This document shows positions 21,576 to 30,331 of a DNA stretch of 49,282 nt, piece by piece. The DNA is from Myxococcales bacterium (GTDB taxonomy: Bacteria; Myxococcota; UBA727; JABDBI01), in contig JAHFEE010000002.1 in assembly GCA_023248655.1 (NCBI GenBank), forward strand, positions 1 to 49,282. Direction: 5' to 3'. Numbering within the stretch: position 1 is the stretch's first letter; every line of letters begins with the position of its first letter. A model generated the notes under the pieces. It worked only from the letters and a program-made list of their open reading frames with translations. It did no database searches and was not told the origin of the DNA. A program made the position numbers and the translations under genes.

Positions 21576-21695
21576 TAAGACCTTTTTTATATTACAAATA
21601 TGTTTTTTTAAATCAATACGGTTAATGAGTTTGACTTGCATAAAATAATCCAAATAGCTAATTGGATTATTTAGCACTGAATAAAAATATTCTAC

Positions 21696-22127
21696 TTAAA
21701 TACCGGTTGAGCCAAATCCATTCAAAGAACGAACACTTTTTGGCAATTTTTTCACAATTTTAAAATTTGCCTTAACCGTTTTATTGAAAACAATTTGCGC
21801 AACTTTCATTCTTGATTTGATTTCAAATCTTTCTTTTCCTAAATTTATTAAAATTACATGAATTTCTCCCCTGTAATCTGCATCAATAGTTCCTGGAGAA
21901 TTTAATACAGTGATTCCATGTTTAATGGCAAGTCCAGAACGTGGTCGAATTTGTGCTTCAAATCCATCAGAAAAGGCAATTGAGATACCGACAGGAACTG
22001 AAAATCTGTCTCCAGGGCCCAGCCAGTGGGATTTTTCCAAATTCGAAACAAGATCATAACCGGATGAATTAAGCGTTGCTTTCTTTGGAAAGAATAATAA
22101 AGATTTAATTTTAATCTTAATCAGCAA
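21696..22127 (-). CDS. dut: dUTP diphosphatase
   Basis: Contains the dUTPase motifs SSGYDL, RPRSGLA and NSPGTIDADYRGEI. TTG start; there is no in-frame ATG nearby. Confidence 0.88.
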   Translation of the reverse strand: MLIKIKIKSLLFFPKKATLNSSGYDLVSNLEKSHWLGPGDRFSVPVGISIAFSDGFEAQIRPRSGLAIKHGITVLNSPGTIDADYRGEIHVILINLGKERFEIKSRMKVAQIVFNKTVKANFKIVKKLPKSVRSLNGFGSTGI

Positions 22128-22159
22128 ATAATAAAATCCTTAATTCCTAAAATATTGTC

Positions 22160-22188
22160 TTGACGTATTTATTTAGACATAGCATAAA
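22160..22188 (+). promoter_or_regulatory. Candidate promoter for tRNA-Gly (TTGACG-17 nt-CATAAA)
   Basis: TTGACG at 22160-22165 and CATAAA at 22183-22188. The -10 ends 10 nt before the tRNA 5' end. Confidence 0.3.
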
Positions 22189-22198
22189 AATATTTATT

Positions 22199-22270
<72 letters not shown>

Positions 22271-22283
22271 TATTTTAAATTTG

Positions 22284-23690
22284 CTAATATTTTAAATACC
22301 AATCTGTTCCATTTTCTGTATCTTTTAACATAACGCCGCTATTTTCTATTTCTTGTCTTATTTTATCAGAGCAATTCCACTTCTTTTGCTTTCTTAATTC
22401 TTCTCGTTTTTTAATTAATTGAATCAAGTACTCAGAAAGCTCGGGCTTTATGTGTTCAGTTAGCCCCAGGCCCAAGATAAGATCAAATTCGTTAATTAAG
22501 CTTAATTTATCATTAACGCTTATTTCTCCATCTTTAACAAATTCCCATAACACACTTAATATTGTAGGAATATTTAAATCATAACTAAGCGCTGCATAAA
22601 ATCTATTCAAATATTCTTTTTTTTTGCCAGCAATCGACTTATCTGCATTTTTATTTTTTAATTCAGACTTCCAATCTATAATGCGATTCTTAAGAGATTC
22701 TAATGTACTTTTAGCCATCTTGAGTGATTCGAAGTTGAATAACATTTGAGACCGATAATGTGTTCCTAGACATAGATATCGATAATGAGCAGGATCAAAC
22801 CCATATTCTTTAAGATTTGTTAAAGTTAAAAAATTGTTTTTTGATTTTGACATTTTATTTTTATCTAAAATCAGAAATTCCCCATGCATCCAAAAATTAA
22901 CACATTGATGATTAAAACAAGCATCCGACTGGGCAATTTCATTTGTGTGATGGACCGGAATATGATCCACGCCTCCGCAGTGTATATCAATATATTCACC
23001 CAAATATTTTGTTGCCATTGCCGAGCACTCGATATGCCAACCAGGAAAACCCCTTCCCCACGGCGAGTCCCAGCGCATTATTTGATTCTGAAATTTGCTA
23101 TTAGAAAACCAAAGAACAAAATCTTTTTGATTTTTTTTCCTGTGATCAAAATCAACTCTACTATTGCTTGATAAATCATGCAGTTTAGCACGGGATAATT
23201 GTGAATAATTATTAAATCGAGCTACATCGAAATAAACATTGCCATCTATTATATATGCATAATTCTTATCAATTAATTGATGTATCATGTATTGAATTTC
23301 TTCAATATGCTCGCTGGCCCTGCATATAATTGTTGGTTTAAGCAAATTGAGAGAATTGCAGTCTTTTAAAAAAAAGTTTTCATAATATCTCGCAATATCC
23401 AATGGTGTTTTTTTCTCTCTTAAAGCAGAAAGAATTATTTTGTCGTCACCGGAATCCTCATCTGATTCAAGATGTCCAACATCGGTAATATTCATTACGT
23501 GTATAACTTTATATCCAAATACCTGCAAAGTTCTACGCAATAAATCTTCAAAAATATAGGTCCTTAAATTTCCAATATGAGCGTAATGATATACAGTTGG
23601 ACCACATGTATAAAGTTTTGCAATTTTCGATGTTTTAACGCGAAATTCTTCAATCTTTCTCGTTAAAGTATTGTAAAAAAAAAGTTTCAT
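22284..23690 (-). CDS. cysS: Cysteinyl-tRNA synthetase
   Basis: Class I motifs HIGN (YHYAHIGNLR) and KMSKS (NKMSKSKNN). Full-length CysRS-like layout. Confidence 0.93.
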   Translation of the reverse strand: MKLFFYNTLTRKIEEFRVKTSKIAKLYTCGPTVYHYAHIGNLRTYIFEDLLRRTLQVFGYKVIHVMNITDVGHLESDEDSGDDKIILSALREKKTPLDIARYYENFFLKDCNSLNLLKPTIICRASEHIEEIQYMIHQLIDKNYAYIIDGNVYFDVARFNNYSQLSRAKLHDLSSNSRVDFDHRKKNQKDFVLWFSNSKFQNQIMRWDSPWGRGFPGWHIECSAMATKYLGEYIDIHCGGVDHIPVHHTNEIAQSDACFNHQCVNFWMHGEFLILDKNKMSKSKNNFLTLTNLKEYGFDPAHYRYLCLGTHYRSQMLFNFESLKMAKSTLESLKNRIIDWKSELKNKNADKSIAGKKKEYLNRFYAALSYDLNIPTILSVLWEFVKDGEISVNDKLSLINEFDLILGLGLTEHIKPELSEYLIQLIKKREELRKQKKWNCSDKIRQEIENSGVMLKDTENGTDWYLKY

Positions 23691-23837
23691 AGAATTATTC
23701 TAACATTGAACAATATCTCGCTTAAAAGAATTTTGCTCCTCAATGTCATCGCTGCTTAAATTTAATTTCTAAAATAATTTAATCTTCGCTTAGTTAACAG
23801 TACTGATCATCCTGTATTATTAATATTTATAAATAAC

Positions 23838-23911
23838 TGGGTCGTCACGGATTCGAACCGTGGACCAACGGATTAAAAGTCCGATGCTCTACCGGGCTGA
23901 GCTAACGACCC
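23838..23911 (-). tRNA. tRNA-Lys (anticodon UUU)
   Basis: The reverse complement is GGGTCGTTAGCTCAGCCCGGTAGAGCATCGGACTTTTAATCCGTTGGTCCACGGTTCGAATCCGTGACGACCCA. Anticodon loop is CTTTTAA. CCA is not encoded. Confidence 0.92.
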
Positions 23912-23922
23912 ACATTAGACAT

Positions 23923-23951
23923 ATTTAAATCAAAAAACCTTTCAATGTCAA
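23923..23951 (-). promoter_or_regulatory. Candidate sigma70-type promoter for tRNA-Lys(UUU) (TTGACA-17 nt-TTAAAT)
   Basis: On the minus strand, TTGACA lies at 23951-23946 and TTAAAT at 23928-23923 with an exact 17-nt spacer. The -10 ends 11 nt before the tRNA 5' end. Confidence 0.45.
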
Positions 23952-24065
23952 TGCGGTTTCGCATACTTTGTAATTTGTATTCTAATTTTATCCAAACAAC
24001 AGCACACAAGGTTACACAAAGCAATAGTATATGAAATAATGTTTTATGTTAATCTTATTCTTATT

Positions 24066-24671
24066 TTAGCAAATTGAATTTCTAAGTATTATTATTTTAC
24101 GCTTAATGTGTTTTGATATGCAATACGAAAATTCTTTTTCCAAAATCCATCCATTCAATTTTTGAGGTATCGTATTTTCAGAAATCCAAAAAGCGATTCT
24201 TCCATTTGTTGACATTGTTGATTTTAAAGTATTCCATAAACAAGGAGCAAAGGCAGCCCTTGTAATGGCAAATTTTATATTTTGAATTTTATGAACTCTT
24301 TCATTGATGATTTTTACCATATTTAGACTGGTTTTTAAGGATACGATTTTTAGAAAAGAACTTTTTTTAGATGAAGATTCTATTAAATTTACATATTTAT
24401 TCGGCCATAAAATTGCCGCAATTATACCAGGAAAACCGGCACCGCTTCCAAGATCATGCACAATTTCAGGAATGCTGCAATATTCGTTTATTAATTTTAA
24501 GCCAATTAAACAATCCGTATAATGATTTGTAACAATATCCTCCATTTTATGTATCGAGCTTAAATTGTGCACTTGTTTCCATTGTAAGAACAATTTACAA
24601 TGAGTCTTGATGGCGTTTATTTGTACACTATTGAGTAATATCTCATTAAATGAGATTGAATTATTATCCAT
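24066..24671 (-). CDS. rsmG: 16S rRNA (guanine527-N7)-methyltransferase RsmG (GidB)
   Basis: Has the SAM motif VHDLGSGAGFPGI. Size (201 aa) and overall layout are typical of GidB/RsmG. Confidence 0.85.
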   Translation of the reverse strand: MDNNSISFNEILLNSVQINAIKTHCKLFLQWKQVHNLSSIHKMEDIVTNHYTDCLIGLKLINEYCSIPEIVHDLGSGAGFPGIIAAILWPNKYVNLIESSSKKSSFLKIVSLKTSLNMVKIINERVHKIQNIKFAITRAAFAPCLWNTLKSTMSTNGRIAFWISENTIPQKLNGWILEKEFSYCISKHIKRKIIILRNSIC

Positions 24672-24728
24672 TGGAATTATTGTCCATTTTTTGCATCATG
24701 GTCTTGTTTCCATGGTAACACGAATTTT

Positions 24729-24773
24729 TTTTATCGTACAACGCTATATCGTATAACTCTATATCGTTTTAGT
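24729..24773. repeat. Three tandem 15-bp direct repeats with a TATCGT core
   Basis: The units are ttttatcgtacaacg, ctatatcgtataact and ctatatcgttttagt. The period is exactly 15 bp. Identity between neighbours is 11/15 and 12/15. Confidence 0.6.
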
Positions 24774-24950
24774 GAAAAATATTTAATAAAATAATCAATA
24801 AGATAACAAAATTTAAGTAGAGTTGAATTAAAAAAGTTGAATTTAAATAATTTCGTTAAACAGATTCCAACAGATTTTGAACAAATGATAAAATAATTTC
24901 TATGAGCTAATTGTTGATATAGAATATGTTTTGAACAAAAACATCATTAC

Positions 24951-25088
24951 TATTATTATGTAGTATTATTATATAGTATTATTATATAGCATTATATGCA
25001 GCATTATATATAGTATTATTATATATAGCATTATTATATATAATATTATTATATAGCATTATATATAATAATATTATATAGCATTATT
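24951..25088. repeat. AT-rich degenerate tandem array (about 11 units of 10-15 bp, consensus TATTATTATATAG / CATTATATATAG)
   Basis: The first units are tattattatgtag, tattattatatag, tattattatatag, cattatatgcag, cattatatatag, tattattatatatag and cattattatatataa. The array then continues with tattattatatag, cattatatataataa, tattatatag and cattatt. The first three units are near-identical 13-mers. Confidence 0.85.
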
Positions 25089-25188
25089 AATTCAATTAAA
25101 TTACAAAATAATTAAAAGCTATTAATTTATGAATTAATTTAAAATAAAGATATTGCATTAAAGCAAATAAACTACTAGTGAGGTAAAT

Positions 25189-26313
25189 ATGGAAATAAAA
25201 ATTGCAGTTAAAGAATTCACCAGGGCCCTGCAACTTCTTCATGGAGTCGTCCAGAAGAAACACATGATGCCAATCTTAACAAATGTTCTTCTTGAAACTT
25301 GTGATAATGGGTTATGTTTACGCGCAACTGATTTAGAAATTAGCATACGTATTAAATTGGATTGCGAAATCGTGAATGCCGGTTCTGTGACTGTGTCAGC
25401 TAAATCGTTATTAAATGTTTCAAGGTCTCTCCCAGGACTGCATGCAACAATTTCTAGTCAACTTGACGGTAAGAATTTGTTTATAAAAAGCATCAAAACA
25501 GAGGCTCGTTTACCGACTCTGCCTGTAGGAGATTTTCCAAAATTTCCAGATATTACCAATATTAAGTTTGGCTCGATACTCAATACTGTTTTCGTAGATA
25601 TAATACAAAAGATAATTTATGCAACAAGCATTGACGAAGATCGATACGGTTTAACTGGGATACACATTGACATTGACAAAAAAAATGCAAATAATGATGT
25701 TGTCTTCGTCGCGACAGACGGCCACAGACTGAGCAAGTTGCAAATATCATTTGATAAAAACATTTTTACTCATTCTATTGTTTTTCCAAAAAAGGGATTG
25801 ATGGAATTGAGTAAAATTTTAGAATCAGATCTTTCTTCTAATGAGAAATTGTTGGAATTAGGATTTTTTAATAATCAGGCAGTATTCAAAATAGGTGAAT
25901 CAATATTAACAATGCGCTTAATTGACGGCAAATTTCCCGATTATCATAAAGTAATTCCAAAAACAACCAATAAAATTGTTCGTGCAATTAAAACAGATTT
26001 AATGTTAAGCTTAAAACGTGTTTTAGTATTAGCGAATGACAAAGATCGAAGTGTTAAATTGTTAATAAAAAAAGGAGAATTGATTGTTCTCTGTGTTAGC
26101 TCAGACACTGGAGAAATTCGAGATTATGTCCCAATTGAATACAGCGGAATAGATATGGAAATTTCTTTTAATATAAACTACTTAATGGAAGCGATTAATT
26201 CATTATCTGATCATAATATAATTATACGTTTAACAGATTCTCAGTCTCCTGCGATTGTTACTGGTGTACAAGAAAGTTATCATTTATGCGTGTTAATGCC
26301 AGTTAGGGTATAA
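25189..26313 (+). CDS. dnaN: DNA polymerase III beta sliding clamp
   Basis: 374 aa with a three-domain clamp layout. N-terminus MEIKIAVKEFTRALQLLHGVVQKKHMMPILTNVLLE and C-terminus AIVTG...LCVLMPVRV are characteristic. GAGG Shine-Dalgarno sequence upstream. Confidence 0.92.
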   Translation: MEIKIAVKEFTRALQLLHGVVQKKHMMPILTNVLLETCDNGLCLRATDLEISIRIKLDCEIVNAGSVTVSAKSLLNVSRSLPGLHATISSQLDGKNLFIKSIKTEARLPTLPVGDFPKFPDITNIKFGSILNTVFVDIIQKIIYATSIDEDRYGLTGIHIDIDKKNANNDVVFVATDGHRLSKLQISFDKNIFTHSIVFPKKGLMELSKILESDLSSNEKLLELGFFNNQAVFKIGESILTMRLIDGKFPDYHKVIPKTTNKIVRAIKTDLMLSLKRVLVLANDKDRSVKLLIKKGELIVLCVSSDTGEIRDYVPIEYSGIDMEISFNINYLMEAINSLSDHNIIIRLTDSQSPAIVTGVQESYHLCVLMPVRV

Positions 26314-26315
26314 AA

Positions 26316-26564
26316 GTGAAAATAATCTGCTTTAAAATTCTAAAATGGCTTTTTATACTAACGATTGCGTTGTTTGTTGTTTACAGTAGTACGGTTGAGC
26401 CCTATTTTCTGTTTACGGATTTTAAGAATAAATTTTTTGAAAATTCGGAGCCTGTAGAAGTTGAAATCTATGACACCATGGATGCAATTTTACCAGAAAT
26501 GAGAGAATATACAGACAATGACAGAAACGCATTAGAATTGCTTTTGAAAAAACTTAAAATATAA
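26316..26564 (+). CDS. Hypothetical small membrane protein (82 aa)
   Basis: GTG start 2 nt after the dnaN stop, with TAGGGT 7 nt upstream. One N-terminal TM helix (WLFILTIALFVVY) and an acidic C-terminal half. No family recognised. Confidence 0.4.
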   Translation: MKIICFKILKWLFILTIALFVVYSSTVEPYFLFTDFKNKFFENSEPVEVEIYDTMDAILPEMREYTDNDRNALELLLKKLKI

Positions 26565-26565
26565 A

Positions 26566-26609
26566 ATTTATTGCTTTGCAAAATTATGCAGTTTCGCAAA
26601 GCAATAAAT
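26566..26609. terminator. Hairpin between the convergent small ORF and rsmA (probable terminator, better for rsmA)
   Basis: A 14-bp stem, ATTTATTGCTTTGC / GCAAAGCAATAAAT, with a 16-nt loop. A T-rich tract follows on the minus strand. Confidence 0.5.
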
Positions 26610-26655
26610 ACATACACAGTTTTGAGTATAATTTTGTTAAAATATCAAATTTAAG

Positions 26656-27525
26656 CTAGCGTTTTAATTTATTGCAAATGGAATGATAAGTTTCAACAGA
26701 TATCTCCTCTGCTCTTGAGTTCGATTTTATTTTCAAAACTTCAAAAATAATATCGATATCGGGATAATTTTTTAAATTATTTAATAATGTTTTTCTTCTT
26801 TTGGAAAATGCTGTTTTGACTAAGTTTACAAACAGGTTCCAGTCAATTTGCTCATTTTCTTTTTCATTTAAACAAATTAAATTTGATTCTACAATTGGTG
26901 ATGGCCAAAAACAAGTTCTGTCAACATTTTCCAGTATTGATATTTTATATCTAGATTGTACAAGCACAGACAAAACACCATATGACTTAGAACATGGTGT
27001 TGAATTAATGCGTTCAACGAATTCCTTTTGTAAAAGATATATGGCTCCTGATAAATTTTTATACAGATCAGTGGTTTGAAATAAAATAGCACTGCTTAAA
27101 TTAAATGGTAAATTACCGCACAGTATGACTTTTTTTTTAAAGTGATGAAGTTTTTTTAAAAATTTAACAATATCATCTTCATGTAATTTTAATTGTCCAG
27201 ATTTTATTGACGAATGGAAGGCCTCATTTAAAATTGGGACCATATCTCTATCTCGCTCAATTGTTTGTAGGGTTAGTTTTTTTTTCAATAAGCATTCAGT
27301 TAAGGCGCCAGTACCTGATCCAAGCTCAAATACCGAGGCGGAATGTGATTTTTTACTTAAGGAATAAATATGCTCAGATATTCTATCAAGGAGCAGGGAA
27401 TCGATTAGAAAATTTTGACCAAAAGATTTTTTTGGAATTAAGTTATTTTTATGTAGAATTAACCTAGGATCCATTGTTGGAAATTTGTTTTCTTCTTTGA
27501 GGGAAATAATTTTAATTGCATTCAT
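26656..27525 (-). CDS. rsmA: 16S rRNA (adenine1518/1519-N6)-dimethyltransferase RsmA/KsgA
   Basis: Contains KKSFGQNFLID, the SAM motif VFELGSGTGALT and GNLPFN. An alternative start exists at ATG 27474. Confidence 0.9.
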   Translation of the reverse strand: MNAIKIISLKEENKFPTMDPRLILHKNNLIPKKSFGQNFLIDSLLLDRISEHIYSLSKKSHSASVFELGSGTGALTECLLKKKLTLQTIERDRDMVPILNEAFHSSIKSGQLKLHEDDIVKFLKKLHHFKKKVILCGNLPFNLSSAILFQTTDLYKNLSGAIYLLQKEFVERINSTPCSKSYGVLSVLVQSRYKISILENVDRTCFWPSPIVESNLICLNEKENEQIDWNLFVNLVKTAFSKRRKTLLNNLKNYPDIDIIFEVLKIKSNSRAEEISVETYHSICNKLKR

Positions 27526-27546
27526 TATTACTCAACAATCAATTGC

Positions 27547-30213
27547 TTAATGATTTAATTTTATTGTATCTTTTCTTTGCTTGGATATTTTTTGTTGAAC
27601 GATTTCTAATTTTACTAGATTAGTAAAAAAATCTTGCTTTGAATTTAGTTTAAATTCTACCTTAAAAATTTGTTCTAAAACAGCCAATCTAAGATTAGAT
27701 ATCATATTGCCAAACAACAAGAAACCTTCTTTTTTATATTCTTGTTTTGGATCTTTTTGAGCATAACTTCTAAAATAAACCCCTTCTCTTAAATGATCCA
27801 TTGATTGGAGATGATTCTTCCAAAATTGGTCTATTAATTGAAGATATATCAGTTTTTCTATTTTTCCAATAACCTCTCGTCCAACAAATTTTTCTCTTTC
27901 ATCATATGTAGATTTTAACATTTTATACAAAAGATCCATAAGGTTATCTTTTGACATTTCCGTTTGATCATGTTGTAGAAATACCCCGGTAAGCTCTCCT
28001 ATTTTTTCGCATATTTCTTTTACTTTAAAATCGGAAATAATATCTGTGCGAGTATTTGGCATTAGATTTACTATTACTATTTCAATTATATCAAAGATAA
28101 GCTTTTTAATATTTTCTTCACCTAATATTTTTCTCCTAAGCGAATAAATAATATTTCGCTGTTGATTCATTACATCGTCGTATTCGATTAACTGTTTTCG
28201 ACTATCAAAATGAAAACCCTCTACGCGTTTTTGTGCGTTTTCGATTGATCTTGAAATCCAAGGATGAGTGATTGGTTCATTTTCTTTCATGCCAAATTTT
28301 TCCATTATTCCAACTATTCGATCTGAGCCAAAAATTCGCATAAGATTATCTTGAAGAGAAAGGTAAAATCTACTGCTTCCCGGGTCGCCCTGTCTTCCCG
28401 CTCGTCCGCGTAATTGATTATCTATTCTGCGAGACTCGTGTCGTTCTGTCCCAATTATCCTTAATCCACCTGCGTTAACAACTATCTCTTTTTCTTTTTT
28501 ACAAATCATGAGTGCTTTTTGTAATTCATTTCCATATAAAGTAATTGCCTTTTCTTGAAATTCTTTTTTTGACGTATCAGGAATAATTGATCTTGGGTCC
28601 CCAGCAAGGAAGGCGAATTCTGCTATCTGTTCTTCTGAATTAGATAGCAATTTCATCACTTCTGTCCTTGCCATAAATTCAGGATCTCCGCCTAAAACTA
28701 TATCGGTTCCTCGACCTGCCATATTTGTAGCTATGGTTACATTTTGAAACCTTCCTGCTTGAGCAATGATACTTGCTTCATCTCGATGTTTCTTTGCGTT
28801 TAATACATTGTGCGGTACATTTAACTTATTTAAAATTCTTGATAAAATTTCAGATTTTTCAACTGAAACAGTTCCAACTAAAACGGGTTGTTTTTTTCTA
28901 TATGAATCAATGATATCCTTAGCAATTGCTTGAAATTTTTCATGTTCTGTTTTATAAATTTGATCCTGCTCATCTATTCGTATCATTTTTTTATTCGTTG
29001 GAATTACTAATACATCCAAATTGTATATTTTAAAAAACTCCTCGGCCTCAGTCTCCGCAGTTCCAGTCATACCGGATAATTTGTTATACATTCTAAAATA
29101 ATTTTGAAATGTAATTGTGGCTAATGTTTGATTTTCGGCTTTGATTTGAACATTTTCCTTAGCTTCAATAGCCTGATGCAATCCATCTGACCATCTGCGT
29201 CCATGCATTAAACGTCCCGTATGTTCATCTACTATAACAACTTCTCCTGATTCTATTATGTAATCATCATCTTTTTTAAAAAGGGCATGTGCTCTCAATG
29301 CTTGATTTAAGTGATGCAATATCTCTATGCGGCTTGGTTCATAAAGATTATTAATTTCGAGCAATTTTTCTAATTTTCCTATTCCGAATTCTGTTAAAAT
29401 CGTTGAACGATTTTTTTCTTCTACTATAAAATCAATACCTTTTCTTAATTTTGGTACTATTGAATTCATTGATTTATACTTATCGCTACTATCTTCTGTT
29501 GGTCCTGAAATAATTAACGGTGTTCTGGCTTCATCTATTAATATGGAATCCACTTCATCTATAATGGCAAAATGATGATCACGTTGAACGTAATCATTTA
29601 GATCAAACTTCATATTGTCTCGCAAATAGTCAAATCCAAATTCATTATTTTGTCCATAAGTTATATCTGCATGATAAGCTTTTTTTTTCTGATCGTCCTT
29701 CATTTGAGGTATAATTGTTCCTACCTCTAGTCCTAAGAAACGATAAATACGACCCATCCAATCGGCGTCTCGTGATGCTAAATAATCATTTACTGTAACT
29801 ATGTGCACGCTCTTTCCTGACAAAGAATTTAAAACTGCCGGCAGTGTGGCTGTTAATGTTTTTCCTTCTCCGGTGCGCATTTCAGAAATATAACCCATAT
29901 GAAGAGCAATTCCTCCAAGTAGCTGAACGTCAAAGTGACGCATGTTCAAAACACGTTTACTTGATTCGCGCACTATTGCAAAAACTTCATTGAGAAACAT
30001 GTTAAGCATATTATCGATTTCATTTTTATCCTTATTCATGCAGTCTGTTGTTAAGTTTTGTTTTAATTGTTGAATTCTGGTTACAAGTTGATTATTATCC
30101 ATGTTGGCTATTGTTGGTTCTAGTGCGTTAATGGCCACAATTCTTGGCTGTAGCGCACTTAATATTTGCTCATTTCTTGTTCCGAAAATTTTGCTGAATA
30201 TGTGTTTTAACAT
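27547..30213 (-). CDS. secA: Preprotein translocase ATPase SecA
   Basis: Has the N-terminus MLKHIFSKIFGTRNEQ, Walker A MRTGEGKTLTA, the DEVDSILIDEARTPLIISG box, and TNMAGRGTDI. No C-terminal zinc-finger tail is present. Confidence 0.95.
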   Translation of the reverse strand: MLKHIFSKIFGTRNEQILSALQPRIVAINALEPTIANMDNNQLVTRIQQLKQNLTTDCMNKDKNEIDNMLNMFLNEVFAIVRESSKRVLNMRHFDVQLLGGIALHMGYISEMRTGEGKTLTATLPAVLNSLSGKSVHIVTVNDYLASRDADWMGRIYRFLGLEVGTIIPQMKDDQKKKAYHADITYGQNNEFGFDYLRDNMKFDLNDYVQRDHHFAIIDEVDSILIDEARTPLIISGPTEDSSDKYKSMNSIVPKLRKGIDFIVEEKNRSTILTEFGIGKLEKLLEINNLYEPSRIEILHHLNQALRAHALFKKDDDYIIESGEVVIVDEHTGRLMHGRRWSDGLHQAIEAKENVQIKAENQTLATITFQNYFRMYNKLSGMTGTAETEAEEFFKIYNLDVLVIPTNKKMIRIDEQDQIYKTEHEKFQAIAKDIIDSYRKKQPVLVGTVSVEKSEILSRILNKLNVPHNVLNAKKHRDEASIIAQAGRFQNVTIATNMAGRGTDIVLGGDPEFMARTEVMKLLSNSEEQIAEFAFLAGDPRSIIPDTSKKEFQEKAITLYGNELQKALMICKKEKEIVVNAGGLRIIGTERHESRRIDNQLRGRAGRQGDPGSSRFYLSLQDNLMRIFGSDRIVGIMEKFGMKENEPITHPWISRSIENAQKRVEGFHFDSRKQLIEYDDVMNQQRNIIYSLRRKILGEENIKKLIFDIIEIVIVNLMPNTRTDIISDFKVKEICEKIGELTGVFLQHDQTEMSKDNLMDLLYKMLKSTYDEREKFVGREVIGKIEKLIYLQLIDQFWKNHLQSMDHLREGVYFRSYAQKDPKQEYKKEGFLLFGNMISNLRLAVLEQIFKVEFKLNSKQDFFTNLVKLEIVQQKISKQRKDTIKLNH

Positions 30214-30331
30214 AGAAATTATTTGGTATAGAATCTAACGCGTATGGTCAATAAAGACTTGCTATAAATTATGTTTTATAATTAGAATTATGTCTTAATT
30301 GAAAACGTATCAATCTTTAATTTCAAAAAAA

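Noticed and set aside
23988-23996. Isolated near-DnaA boxes: TTATCCAAA at 23988-23996, TTATCCATT at 24664-24672 and at about 1513-1521, and TGTGGATAT at about 2347-2355.
   Set aside because: No perfect TTATCCACA was noticed on manual reading, and the near matches are scattered rather than clustered. They cannot by themselves support an origin call, so the oriC idea above is kept only as a hypothesis.
24951-25088. Reading the AT-rich tandem array as a CRISPR array.
   Set aside because: The units are 10-15 bp and contiguous with no unique spacers. There are no cas genes and no repeat of CRISPR length.
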